Below the pieces are notes generated by a model. The model was not told the DNA's origin. It was given only the letters and a program-made list of their open reading frames with translations, and did no database searches. This document shows positions 1 to 7,736 of a stretch of 11,130 bases of DNA, one piece after another. Source of the DNA: Candidatus Methylomirabilales bacterium (GTDB lineage: Bacteria; Methylomirabilota; Methylomirabilia; Methylomirabilales; CSP1-5); NCBI GenBank assembly GCA_046758505.1, contig JBHIAH010000083.1, forward strand, positions 1 through 11,130. The letters are read 5' to 3'. Each line of letters begins with the position of its first letter. Within the stretch, counting starts at the first letter, position 1. The position numbers and the translations under genes are program-made.

Positions 1-2
1 AT

Positions 3-791
3 CTTGCCAAGGAAATGGGGGTCCTGGCGGTTGGCGTGGTGACCAAGCCCTTCCATTTTGAGGGGAAGGTGCGCATGGCGCAGGCCGAGCGGGGCCTCCA
101 GGAGCTGAAGGAGAGGGTCGATACCCTGATCACCATTCCCAATCAGCAACTCCTGAGCGTGGCCGAGAAGACCACCACCTTCCTCGAGGCCTTCAAGCTG
201 GCGGATGACGTCCTCCGTCAGGCGGTCCAGGGGATTTCTGATCTCATCGTGATCCCTGGGCTCGTCAATGTGGATTTCGCGGACGTCCGGACGATCATGG
301 CCGAGCGGGGGTTGGCCATGATGGGAACCGGATACGCCGTTGGGGAGGAATGCGCCGTCGAGGCGACCCAGCAGGCCATCAACAGCCCTCTCCTGGAGAG
401 TGTCTCGATCGAGGGGGCGCGCGGGGTCCTGCTCAATATTACCGGGGGGCCGGACCTCTGCCTCCACGAGGTCGAGCTGGTCGGACAGACGATCTCCGGA
501 GCCGCCGATCCCGATGCCCACATCATCTTCGGGGCGGTGATCGATGAGCGGATGAACCGCGAGGTGCGGGTGACGGTCATTGCCACCGGCTTTGATGACC
601 AGCAGGCCCGGGCGGGCGAGCAGGCCAAGATCGCCGACATTAAAGCGTACGCGACCAAGGTCGTCGAGCGGCCCACCTATTTGAGGCGTCGGGCCGGGAA
701 GGCGGAGGTGGCCGCGGCGCAGCTGTCGCTGCAAGAGGTGGACGAGGAGGAACTGGACATCCCGACCTTCCTCCGTCGCCAGGCCGATTAG
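3..791 (+). CDS. ftsZ: Cell division protein FtsZ, C-terminal part (5' end lies before the window)
   Basis: Motifs [22 protein letters not shown]7 loop [30 protein letters not shown] and the conserved C-terminal peptide [13 protein letters not shown]. The frame is open from position 3, so the ATG at 15 is internal. Confidence 0.98.
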   Translation, partial: LAKEMGVLAVGVVTKPFHFEGKVRMAQAERGLQELKERVDTLITIPNQQLLSVAEKTTTFLEAFKLADDVLRQAVQGISDLIVIPGLVNVDFADVRTIMAERGLAMMGTGYAVGEECAVEATQQAINSPLLESVSIEGARGVLLNITGGPDLCLHEVELVGQTISGAADPDAHIIFGAVIDERMNREVRVTVIATGFDDQQARAGEQAKIADIKAYATKVVERPTYLRRRAGKAEVAAAQLSLQEVDEEELDIPTFLRRQAD

Positions 792-946
792 GGGCCCGCA
801 CCGGTCCTCCGGGGTCCCGGCGCGGAGGCGTGCGCGCGCGGCGCATCCATTCACCGCGCGCTCCATGGTGCGGGAGGCGGCGACGCGGCTGTGGCATCCT
901 GGGCAAGGGGGCGGTCCGCGGGTTGACGGGTGGTATAGCGAACCGT

Positions 947-1774
947 ATGGAACTCGCCGACACAGGAATTCGCGAGAGTCTCGAGCCGGGACTGCTGCGG
1001 CTTCCCTCTCTTGAGCAGTTTTCCGTTCGCCTTGCCTTTAGCACCCGGAAGGGTGGGGTGAGCGCCCGGCCCTATGACACCCTCAATCTCGGCCTGAGCG
1101 TCGGGGACGACCCTGCCGCGGTCCACGAAAACCGCCGCCGCTTCTTCACCGCCCTCGGACTCGACCCCTCCCGCATTGTCCGGGTGCGCCAGGTCCACGG
1201 GAACGATGTTTTGGTCGTTGATCGGGCCCTGGCCGGGCAGGCACGGTTCCCCCGACTCCTGTTGGATGATGACTACCTGTACGATGCGATCGTGACCGAT
1301 CTCGCCGGCCTCGGCCTCGCCATCAGCACCGCCGATTGCCTCCCGATCTTTATCGTTGATCCTCGCCATCGCGCCGTCGGGGCGGTCCATGCCGGCTGGC
1401 GGAGCAGCGTGAAGGGCGTCGTCGAGCACGCCCTCAGGACAATGGGCGGCGTCTACGGCACCGACCCGGCGCAGTGCTACGCCGCGCTCGGTCCGGGCAT
1501 CCGAGGCTGCTGTTACGAGGTGGATCAGCCGGTCATGACCGCTGTTCATCGTGCCTGCAAGGAGTGGCAGGCGTGCGTGGCTCCGGCGGGAAGAGATCGG
1601 TGGATGCTGGACCTGGCCCGACTCAACATCGCCCTCCTGCACGGGGGAGGGCTCAGTCCGGATCGGATCATTGACACGGGTCTCTGCACCGCGTGCCGCA
1701 GCGATCTCTTCTATTCATACCGCGCCGAGAAGCTCAAGACGGGCCGGATGATGAGCCTGATCGCCCTCCTGTAG
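947..1774 (+). CDS. pgeF: Peptidoglycan editing factor PgeF / YfiH-YlmD laccase-domain (purine nucleoside phosphorylase-like) protein
   Basis: Motifs FSTRKGGVS..YDTLNLGLSVGDDPAAVHENR, QVHG, TADCLP, AVHAGWR, GPGIRGCCYEV, CTAC, YSYR, GRM. Typical position after ftsZ. Start set at ATG 947 because the 830-946 extension is Arg-rich and lacks family motifs. Confidence 0.93.
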   Translation: MELADTGIRESLEPGLLRLPSLEQFSVRLAFSTRKGGVSARPYDTLNLGLSVGDDPAAVHENRRRFFTALGLDPSRIVRVRQVHGNDVLVVDRALAGQARFPRLLLDDDYLYDAIVTDLAGLGLAISTADCLPIFIVDPRHRAVGAVHAGWRSSVKGVVEHALRTMGGVYGTDPAQCYAALGPGIRGCCYEVDQPVMTAVHRACKEWQACVAPAGRDRWMLDLARLNIALLHGGGLSPDRIIDTGLCTACRSDLFYSYRAEKLKTGRMMSLIALL

Positions 1775-1783
1775 TTCGCGGTG

Positions 1784-1876
1784 GAGGGTTTAGAGTTGAG
1801 AGTTCAGGACTGCGGAATTCAATGATCCAGGCTTTTCAGCCGTCAAATCCGAAATCCGAAATCCGCAATTCGAAAT
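1784..1876. repeat. Intergenic short tandem heptamer repeats
   Basis: GAGGGTT TAGAGTT GAGAGTT (1784-1804), then AAATCCG x3 + CAATTCG + AAAT (1845-1876). TGCGGAATTC (1811-1820) is a 9/10 inverted match to GAAATCCGCA (1858-1867). Confidence 0.8.
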
Positions 1877-1907
1877 GCTCATGGTCACCGGTCATCGGTA
1901 CGCGGCG

Positions 1908-1936
1908 TTGACACTTCCCAGGGCCTCTGTTAGGTT
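1908..1936 (+). promoter_or_regulatory. Putative sigma70-type promoter for yggS
   Basis: TTGACA (1908-1913), 17-bp spacer, extended -10 TGtTAGGTT (TAGGTT 1931-1936), 35 nt before the yggS ATG. Confidence 0.7.
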
Positions 1937-1971
1937 ACCTTCAGGAACGAGTTTCCCCGGGGCGGGGCCCG

Positions 1972-2661
1972 ATGACCATCAAGGAGCGAGTCGAGCGCGT
2001 TCGGGAGGCGATCGCGGCAGCGGCGTTGCGAGTGGGCCGGGACCCGGGAGAGGTTCTCGTGGTGGGCGTGGCAAAGACCTTTCCCGCGCGGGCGGTTCAG
2101 GAGGCGGTCGCCGCCGGCCTCACCGATATCGGAGAGAATCGGGTTCAGGAGGCGAAGGCCAAAATTGCCGAGGTCGGTGCCCCCTGTCGTTGGCACATGG
2201 TTGGACACCTGCAGACCAACAAAGCTCGATTAGCGGTGCAACTGTTTGACTGGATTCAGTCCCTCGATTCCCTGAAGCTTGCCCACGAGGTGGAGAAGGC
2301 GGGGTCCGGGCTTGGACGGCGGGTGAAGACGTTGGTAGAGGTCAATCTCGCCCAGGAATCCAGCAAGACGGGGGTGGGAGAGGCCGAACTCCTCCCGTTC
2401 CTGGAGCAGGCCGGGTCGTTACCGCACGTGAGCATCGAGGGATTGATGGCCATGCCTCCGTTCGATCCAAACCCGGAGGGGGTTCGCCCTTACTTTCAAC
2501 GAATGCGGAGGCTTCGGGACGAGGCCGCCTCACGCTTCCCGCGACTCGGGTTGTCGCATCTCTCCATGGGCATGAGCCACGACTTCGAGGTTGCCGTCGA
2601 GGAGGGGGCGACTGTAGTTCGGATCGGGACCGCCATCTTCGGGCCGCGTCCGGCGAAGTAA
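1972..2661 (+). CDS. yggS: PLP homeostasis protein YggS/PROSC family
   Basis: PLP-binding Lys in VGVAKT, plus IGENRVQEA, WHMVGHLQTNKA, EVNLAQESSKTG, GLMAMPP, LSMGMSHDFEVAVEEGATVVRIGTAIFG. Syntenic with ftsZ-pgeF. Confidence 0.97.
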   Translation: MTIKERVERVREAIAAAALRVGRDPGEVLVVGVAKTFPARAVQEAVAAGLTDIGENRVQEAKAKIAEVGAPCRWHMVGHLQTNKARLAVQLFDWIQSLDSLKLAHEVEKAGSGLGRRVKTLVEVNLAQESSKTGVGEAELLPFLEQAGSLPHVSIEGLMAMPPFDPNPEGVRPYFQRMRRLRDEAASRFPRLGLSHLSMGMSHDFEVAVEEGATVVRIGTAIFGPRPAK

Positions 2662-2663
2662 AT

Positions 2664-2856
2664 GCTAGGAGGCTGGGAAGTTAGAAGGCTAGAACGCTGG
2701 GAGGCGAGGAAACGAGCACGCCAGCACGCTGGGAAGCCAAGAGGCTAGAAAGACAGGGAGATTGCGGCGCTTCCCCTTTTGGCCCTCGGATGTTTTTGGG
2801 GTGTATGCTTCGAAGCCTTCAAGCATTCCAGCCTCCTAGCGTACTTGCCTTCTAGC
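2664..2856. repeat. Inverted array of degenerate 8-bp tandem repeats (consensus ~GCTRGRAR)
   Basis: 12 in-phase octamers at 2664-2759 (gctaggag gctgggaa gttagaag gctagaac gctgggag gcgaggaa acgagcac gccagcac gctgggaa gccaagag gctagaaa gacaggga), a ~49-bp spacer, then 6 reverse-complement octamers at 2809-2856 (ttcgaagc cttcaagc attccagc ctcctagc gtacttgc cttctagc). Confidence 0.88.
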
Positions 2857-2862
2857 TGGCAC

Positions 2863-3174
2863 ATGCGGTTGGATCTTTTCCTCAAAACATCCCGGTTGGT
2901 CAAGCGGCGGGGGCAGGCGAAGGCCTTGTGTGATGCGGGACGGGTCCTGGTCGACGGGTTGCCGGCGAAAGCCGCCCGCCAGGTTCGAGTGGGGAACCGG
3001 ATCACCCTGGACCTTTTCCGGCGCCAGCTGGTGATCGAGGTTCGGGAGATTCGAGGAGTAGGAGGAGGTCGGGGGAAGTCCGCAGCGCTCTACACAGTGG
3101 TGGCGGAGCGACGATCTGGCCGAGGAGCGGCAGAATGGGGAGAGGAGGCGGGTGATGCAAATATTCATGGATAG
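2863..3174 (+). CDS. S4-domain RNA-binding protein, RqcP/YabO (Hsp15-like) family, 103 aa
   Basis: N-terminus [49 protein letters not shown] matches the S4/YabO pattern MRLDKFLKxSRLIKRRxxAKxxxDxGRVxxNGxxAK. The true start is ATG 2863; the upstream extension is repeat sequence. Overlaps the next gene by 20 nt. Confidence 0.88.
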   Translation: MRLDLFLKTSRLVKRRGQAKALCDAGRVLVDGLPAKAARQVRVGNRITLDLFRRQLVIEVREIRGVGGGRGKSAALYTVVAERRSGRGAAEWGEEAGDANIHG

Positions 3175-3820
3175 CGCCAACGTCAAGATGATCCAGGATG
3201 CCGTGGACCACGGGCTCGTCGATGGGGTGACCACCAATCCATCCCTGATCGCCAAAGAAGGGGCGGACTTTCGGGGGGTGATCGAAGAGATCTGCCGTCT
3301 CGTCCCCGGCCCGGTCAGTGTGGAGGTGGTGGGGAAGACCCACGGGGAAATGATGGCCGAGGGCCGGGAAATCGCCAAGATCGCCGACAATGTCGTGGTG
3401 AAGATCCCCATGCTCAAAGAGGGCCTCCGCGCAGTCCGGGAGCTCACCCTGGACGGCATCCGCGTGAATGTGACGCTGGTCTTCTCGGCCGCGCAGGCGC
3501 TGCTCGCGGCCAAGGCAGGGGCGACATACGTGAGTCCCTTTGTGGGACGCCTGGACGATTATGCCCATGTCGGCATGGATGTCGTTCGGGACATCGTGAC
3601 AATCTACAAAACCTATGCTCTCCCAACGCAGGTCTTGGTGGCCAGCGTCCGGCACCCCCTCCATTTTGTCGAGGCGGCCTTAGCGGGTGCTCACGTGGCG
3701 ACCATCCCCCCCTCCGTCCTTCAGCAGCTGGTAAAACACCCCCTGACCGACGTGGGGCTCGAACGATTCCTGGCCGATTGGGCCAAGGTCCCGCAGGGGG
3801 TCTTCGGCCTCCCCCGGTAG
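3155..3820 (+). CDS. tal: Transaldolase (small FSA/TalC-type)
   Basis: Motifs [31 protein letters not shown] (Schiff-base Lys), [46 protein letters not shown]. Glu in SVEV and Phe in SPFVGR are the transaldolase-type residues (FSA has Gln/Tyr). SD AGGAGG at 3143-3148 favours ATG 3155. Confidence 0.93.
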   Translation: MQIFMDSANVKMIQDAVDHGLVDGVTTNPSLIAKEGADFRGVIEEICRLVPGPVSVEVVGKTHGEMMAEGREIAKIADNVVVKIPMLKEGLRAVRELTLDGIRVNVTLVFSAAQALLAAKAGATYVSPFVGRLDDYAHVGMDVVRDIVTIYKTYALPTQVLVASVRHPLHFVEAALAGAHVATIPPSVLQQLVKHPLTDVGLERFLADWAKVPQGVFGLPR

Positions 3821-3832
3821 GGTGTGTGATCC

Positions 3833-3868
3833 GGGGTTCCCCTGGGACCCCCCCCTGTTTCATTTTTT
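3833..3868 (+). terminator. Possible intrinsic terminator after tal
   Basis: GGGGTTCC-cct-GGGACCCC stem (one G-U pair) followed after a few nt by TGTTTCATTTTTT. The U-tract is not directly adjacent, so the call is weak. Confidence 0.35.
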
Positions 3869-3870
3869 GC

Positions 3871-3899
3871 TTGACAAGAATAGAACAAGATTTTACATT
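3871..3899 (+). promoter_or_regulatory. Putative sigma70-type promoter for the IclR/CoA-transferase operon
   Basis: TTGACA (3871-3876), 17-bp spacer, TACATT (3894-3899), with an AT-rich tract upstream. Confidence 0.75.
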
Positions 3900-4048
3900 A
3901 TGCACGCCTTTGCAGTTTCGCAGGGGATCAGCCCCCCACACACGTCGTAGACAAATCCTTTTGTATCAGAAAGTCCCGGCAAAGTGCGTAAGACCCTGGT
4001 TATAGGCCCCTTCACAGAGCAAAATCCCGGATAGAAGTAGGCGGGCGG

Positions 4049-4873
4049 ATGTCTCATCGCCGTAAGGAAAAGTCGGAGTACATCGTCCAGTCGGTCGACC
4101 GGGCCTTGGATATCCTGGAGGCCTTCAACTATGAGGAAGAAGAGTTGGGGGTGACCGAGCTGAGTCAGAAGCTGGGGCTCCATAAGAACAACGTTTTTCG
4201 GCTGCTCGCCACCCTGGAATGCCGGGGGTATATCGAGCAGGATAAGCGGACGGGGAACTACCGCTTGGGGATGAAGACCTTCGAGGTGGCCAACATTTTC
4301 CTTCATCATCTGGGGTTGAGGCGTCAGGCCCGCCCCATTTTGGAGGAGCTCGTCAATGGGTGCGATGAAACGGCGTATCTCGCCATCCTGGATGGTCCCG
4401 AGGTCGTGTACGTCCTGATGCATGAGACCTCCCAGACGGTTCGGATTGTCCCGCGCCTCGGGCACCGTCTGCCCGCGTACTGCACCGCCTCTGGGAAGAT
4501 CCAGCTGGCGTATGAATCCCGGGATCATCTGGCCCAGATCTTTGAGGGGCACGTGCTGCAGCGGCACACCGGGAACACCATCGACAACCTTGACAAGCTG
4601 GTCAATCACCTGAAAGAGGTGGCCCGGCTCGGGTACGCCGTGGACAACGAGGAATGGGAAGAGGGGGTCCGGTGTATCGCTGCGCCCGTCAGGGATTACT
4701 CCCGTCGGGTGGTGGCGGGGGTGGGGCTCTCGGGACCCGTCTCTCGGTTTACCATGGAGCGGATCGAGAAAGAACTGGTCCCGCTGGTGAAGGAGGCGGC
4801 ATCCAAAATCTCCCAGCGCCTGGGCTACGAGCTGCATTCCGTCAGCCCCCAGGTCGTGGACGAGAGGAGGTGA
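4049..4873 (+). CDS. IclR-family transcriptional regulator
   Basis: N-terminal HTH VQSVDRALDILEAF...GVTELSQKLGLHKNNVFRLLATLECRGYIEQD...YRLG. Effector domain ETAYLAIL, GHRLPAYCTASGKIQLA, GYAVDNEEWEEGVRCIAAPVRD, GLSGPVSRF. Confidence 0.97.
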   Translation: MSHRRKEKSEYIVQSVDRALDILEAFNYEEEELGVTELSQKLGLHKNNVFRLLATLECRGYIEQDKRTGNYRLGMKTFEVANIFLHHLGLRRQARPILEELVNGCDETAYLAILDGPEVVYVLMHETSQTVRIVPRLGHRLPAYCTASGKIQLAYESRDHLAQIFEGHVLQRHTGNTIDNLDKLVNHLKEVARLGYAVDNEEWEEGVRCIAAPVRDYSRRVVAGVGLSGPVSRFTMERIEKELVPLVKEAASKISQRLGYELHSVSPQVVDERR

Positions 4874-4960
4874 GAGAGAGGAAGGACGGCACCGACAGAG
4901 GGATCCTGCACGAGCAACCGAACAGCTTTACGGCTACTGAGAAAAGGGAGGGAGGTCAGC

Positions 4961-6364
4961 ATGGCAAAGAATTATCCGGTTCTACCATGGCCGGCTGTTC
5001 CGACGCCGACGCCGGACGAGGTCTACAAGGGCGAAAGTGATGCGGCGAAGGAGTACGCCCTGTGGCTCGAGGCCAATCTCCGGCAGAGCGAAAACTTCAA
5101 GAAGCCTGAGGCCTTAGGTAACATCCGGGTCCTCGACTGCACCTCGATGATGATCATCGGCCACTGGTGCTCGTCCCTCTTCTCCGAGTTGGGGGCCGAG
5201 GTCATCATGGTCGAGCCGGCCGGCGGTGATCCACTGCGCAAGGTCAGCCCATTCGGTCGGAAAGAGTACATGTTTACGGATAGCGAGACCGGAGAGGCGG
5301 TGGGGGCGCGGTTCCTGGCGGAGTGTCGGAGCAAGCAGTCGATTACCCTGGACCTCACCAAGCCCGAGGGGCGCGAAATCCTGAAAAACCTCGCCATGCA
5401 CGCCGACGTGATCATCGAGAACGCCCCCCCCGGCCAATGGGATGAGTGGGGGATCGGCTACCGGCAGCTCAGTGAGCTCAACCCCCGGCTGATCTACTGC
5501 TGGGTCGGCCAGCTCGGCCAGTGGGGGCCCCTCAAGGATAAGCCGGGCAACCTCGATCCCACTGCCCAGAACGCCTGCGGCTTCACCCACGGCACCGGGG
5601 CGCCGGTGGCCTTCGGCGGTACGCCGACCCGGTCCGGCTGGTGGATGTGCGACCAGGTGGGCGGCACCGGCGCGGCCATGGGAATCGTGACGGCGCTCTA
5701 CTACAGGGAACGGGTGTCAGGGCGCGGACAGTTCGTGGAAGGGACCGCGGCGGCCGGGGTGATGCGGATCCTCGACTACAACTGGGGTTGGTATGGGGTG
5801 GACGGGAGCATCCGACCTCGCTACGGCAACTGGGATCTTGCCATCAACATTTACGCCGTCAATCCGTGTAAGGACGGGCAGATCATGGTCGGTGGGGGCC
5901 ACGACCGGCTCTGGTACCGGATCTGGCGGACCGTCGGCAAGGATCGGGCCGAGCTCGAGCAGCACATCGTGGAGGACCCCGGGCTCAAGGTGGTGACCGA
6001 CCGGCTGCCGCACTATCGGCAGGTGGAAACGTACACCACACTCTGCGAGTGGATGAAGGATAACACCCGGTCCGAGGCCGAGACCAAGCTCCAGGCCGAA
6101 GAGGTGGCCTCCGGCGGTGTTTCGTTCTTTGATGAGGTCTGCGAGTTCCCCCATTACAAGTACCGGGGGCACCTCGAGATCATCGATGACGTCCTGTACG
6201 GCAAGATCCTCCTGGGGGCCTCCGCCTTCCTCGGCCAGCGGACCCCGGGCCGGGTCAAGTGGATCGGCCGGCCGACCGGCTACGATAACGAGGATGTCTA
6301 CCGCCGGCTGTTAGGCCTCACTAAGGCCGACATGGACGGTCTCAAGAAGAAGGGGGTGATCTAA
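4961..6364 (+). CDS. Family III (CaiB/BaiF) CoA-transferase, subunit 1
   Basis: LGNIRVLDCT...ELGAEVIMVEP.GGDPLR, KQSITLDLTKPEGREILKNLAMHADVIIEN, WGIGYRQLSELNPRLIYC, catalytic-position Asp231 in PTRSGWWMCDQVGG, SGRGQFVE, C-terminal PTGYDNEDVYRRLLG...KKGVI. SD GGAGGT upstream. Confidence 0.92.
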   Translation: MAKNYPVLPWPAVPTPTPDEVYKGESDAAKEYALWLEANLRQSENFKKPEALGNIRVLDCTSMMIIGHWCSSLFSELGAEVIMVEPAGGDPLRKVSPFGRKEYMFTDSETGEAVGARFLAECRSKQSITLDLTKPEGREILKNLAMHADVIIENAPPGQWDEWGIGYRQLSELNPRLIYCWVGQLGQWGPLKDKPGNLDPTAQNACGFTHGTGAPVAFGGTPTRSGWWMCDQVGGTGAAMGIVTALYYRERVSGRGQFVEGTAAAGVMRILDYNWGWYGVDGSIRPRYGNWDLAINIYAVNPCKDGQIMVGGGHDRLWYRIWRTVGKDRAELEQHIVEDPGLKVVTDRLPHYRQVETYTTLCEWMKDNTRSEAETKLQAEEVASGGVSFFDEVCEFPHYKYRGHLEIIDDVLYGKILLGASAFLGQRTPGRVKWIGRPTGYDNEDVYRRLLGLTKADMDGLKKKGVI

Positions 6365-7707
6365 TGGCGACCATGTCCTTCGAGCAGTACTGCCGCGAGG
6401 TCTTTGACCCGAAAAAGGCGTTTGCCAAGCCGGAGCCGCTCAAGGGGGCGCGGTTTCTGAGCTGCACGCAGTACATCCTCGGTCCCTCCTGCGCCAATTA
6501 TTTGGCCGAGCTCGGGGCCGAGGTGATCAAGGTCGAGCTGCCCCGGCGGGGGGAGCCGATGCGCCACACCACCCCCTTCAACGAGCCCAAGCTCTACCCC
6601 TGCTCCAAGTGGTTGCCGGACACGGGGACCGGGCTCGGCTTCTTCGGGGCCAACCACAACGAGTACTTCCTCTCGGTCGATTTCCACAAGCCGGAGGGGC
6701 AGGAGATCATGCGGATGCTCGGCGCCAAGTCGGATGGCGTCGTGGAAAACTACCGGGCCGGCACCTTCGACCGGTGGGGGATCGGCTACCGGCAACTCAG
6801 CCAGATCAATCCCCGGATCATCTACCAGTGGTTGGGGGGCTTTGGCGGCTGGGGCCCGGGCCGGAAGCGGGCCAGCTACGACATCCTGGGCCAGGCCCAG
6901 GGGGGCTGCTTCTCGGTGACCGGCTGGCAGCTCGATAAGGGAGGCCTTCCCTCCAAGCAGACCATCTGGATCATGGATTACTGGGGGGGGATGATGGGGG
7001 CCTTCCAGATCATCGCCTGCATGTACTGGCGGGATCACATCTCCGGCCAGGGCAACTTCATGGAGTACTCCCAGGTGCAGGGGGCCCAGCGGCACCTCTC
7101 CGACTGCATTGCGCTCTACGGCCGTCACGGGCTCGTTGCGCAGCGGTTCGGTAATTGGGACATCCTCCTCTGCGTTCACGGGATCATCGCCTGCGGCAAA
7201 TCGTCGTATCCCGGCTCGAAAAACCCGCAGGAGCAGGAGGTGGGCTACATCCTCGTCAGCGCGTACACCGACGCCGACTTCGCCAAGCTGATGAAGCTCA
7301 TCAAGAAGGACGACCTGGCGAAGAAGTACGCCACGCACGATGAGCGGGTCAAGGCAGAGAGCCAGTACGAGATCTACCCGGCCCTCGAGGAGTGGGCCAA
7401 GGACAAGACCAAGGAGCAGGTCCGGGATATCCTGAACAAAGAGGGGATCAACAACCAGCCGGTCTGGAACTCGAAGGAGGTCTCGACGCAGGAGCACTTC
7501 CACCTTCGGGGGGAGCTTGAGTGGCTGGATGATCCGACCTTCGGGGACCTCCAAAGCCAGGGGCCTGCCTTCCATCTGTCCGACTCCCCGCCCCGCCACA
7601 AGTGGGCCTTCAAGCCGGTGGGGGCCGACAACGAGTATATCTTGGGCAAGCTCTGTGGCTTCTCCAAGACCAAGATCGCAGAGCTCGAGGCGGACGGGGT
7701 CATCTAA
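6364..7707 (+). CDS. Family III (CaiB/BaiF) CoA-transferase, subunit 2
   Basis: PLKGARFLSCTQYILGPSCANYLAELGAEVIKVE, DGVVENYRAGTFDRWGIGYRQLSQINPRIIY, RASYDILGQAQGG, catalytic-position Asp205 in IWIMDYWGG, SGQGNFME, PVGADNEYILGKLCG...GVI. TAATG stop/start overlap with subunit 1. Confidence 0.93.
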   Translation: MATMSFEQYCREVFDPKKAFAKPEPLKGARFLSCTQYILGPSCANYLAELGAEVIKVELPRRGEPMRHTTPFNEPKLYPCSKWLPDTGTGLGFFGANHNEYFLSVDFHKPEGQEIMRMLGAKSDGVVENYRAGTFDRWGIGYRQLSQINPRIIYQWLGGFGGWGPGRKRASYDILGQAQGGCFSVTGWQLDKGGLPSKQTIWIMDYWGGMMGAFQIIACMYWRDHISGQGNFMEYSQVQGAQRHLSDCIALYGRHGLVAQRFGNWDILLCVHGIIACGKSSYPGSKNPQEQEVGYILVSAYTDADFAKLMKLIKKDDLAKKYATHDERVKAESQYEIYPALEEWAKDKTKEQVRDILNKEGINNQPVWNSKEVSTQEHFHLRGELEWLDDPTFGDLQSQGPAFHLSDSPPRHKWAFKPVGADNEYILGKLCGFSKTKIAELEADGVI

Positions 7708-7736
7708 GGCAGCGCTGACGGGAAGGAGGAACGCGC

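Noticed and set aside
791..818. GC hairpin after ftsZ as a terminator
   Set aside because: Imperfect stem with no U-tract; such pairing is common by chance at this GC content.
830..946. N-terminal extension of the pgeF ORF (314 aa as called)
   Set aside because: Arg-rich, low-complexity translation of GC-rich intergenic DNA; family similarity begins only after M947.
2664..2856. Possible CRISPR array (also considered for 10809-10978)
   Set aside because: Units are 7-8 bp and contiguous, with no 23-47 bp repeats, no unique spacers and no cas genes.
2779..2862. 28-aa extension of the S4 protein from TTG 2779
   Set aside because: Mostly translated octamer repeat; the S4 family begins at MRLD (2863).
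3155..3820. Annotation as fructose-6-phosphate aldolase (fsa)
   Set aside because: Has the Glu (SVEV) and Phe (SPFVGR) residues of true transaldolases rather than the Gln/Tyr of FSA.
3966..3985. AGAAAGTCCCGGC resembling the RNase P RNA GAGGAAAGUCC motif
   Set aside because: Imperfect match, no matching 3' P4 strand, and too little intergenic space for rnpB.
5446..6794. 21-bp exact direct repeat GTGGGGGATCGGCTACCGGCA at 5446-5466 and 6774-6794
   Set aside because: Encodes the shared WGIGYRQ motif of the two paralogous transferases; not a mobile-element or recombination signature.
6361..7599. 412-aa minus-strand ORF, and similar ORFs at 851-1642, 2836-3513, 3002-3664 and 3893-4837
   Set aside because: Each lies antisense to a well-supported + strand gene and shows no domain signature.
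4961..7707. Specific names bbsE/bbsF, frc or phtSa/phtSb for the transferases
   Set aside because: Only family-level motifs are recognisable, and none of the partner genes of those pathways (bbs beta-oxidation genes, oxc, UbiD/UbiX) is in the window.
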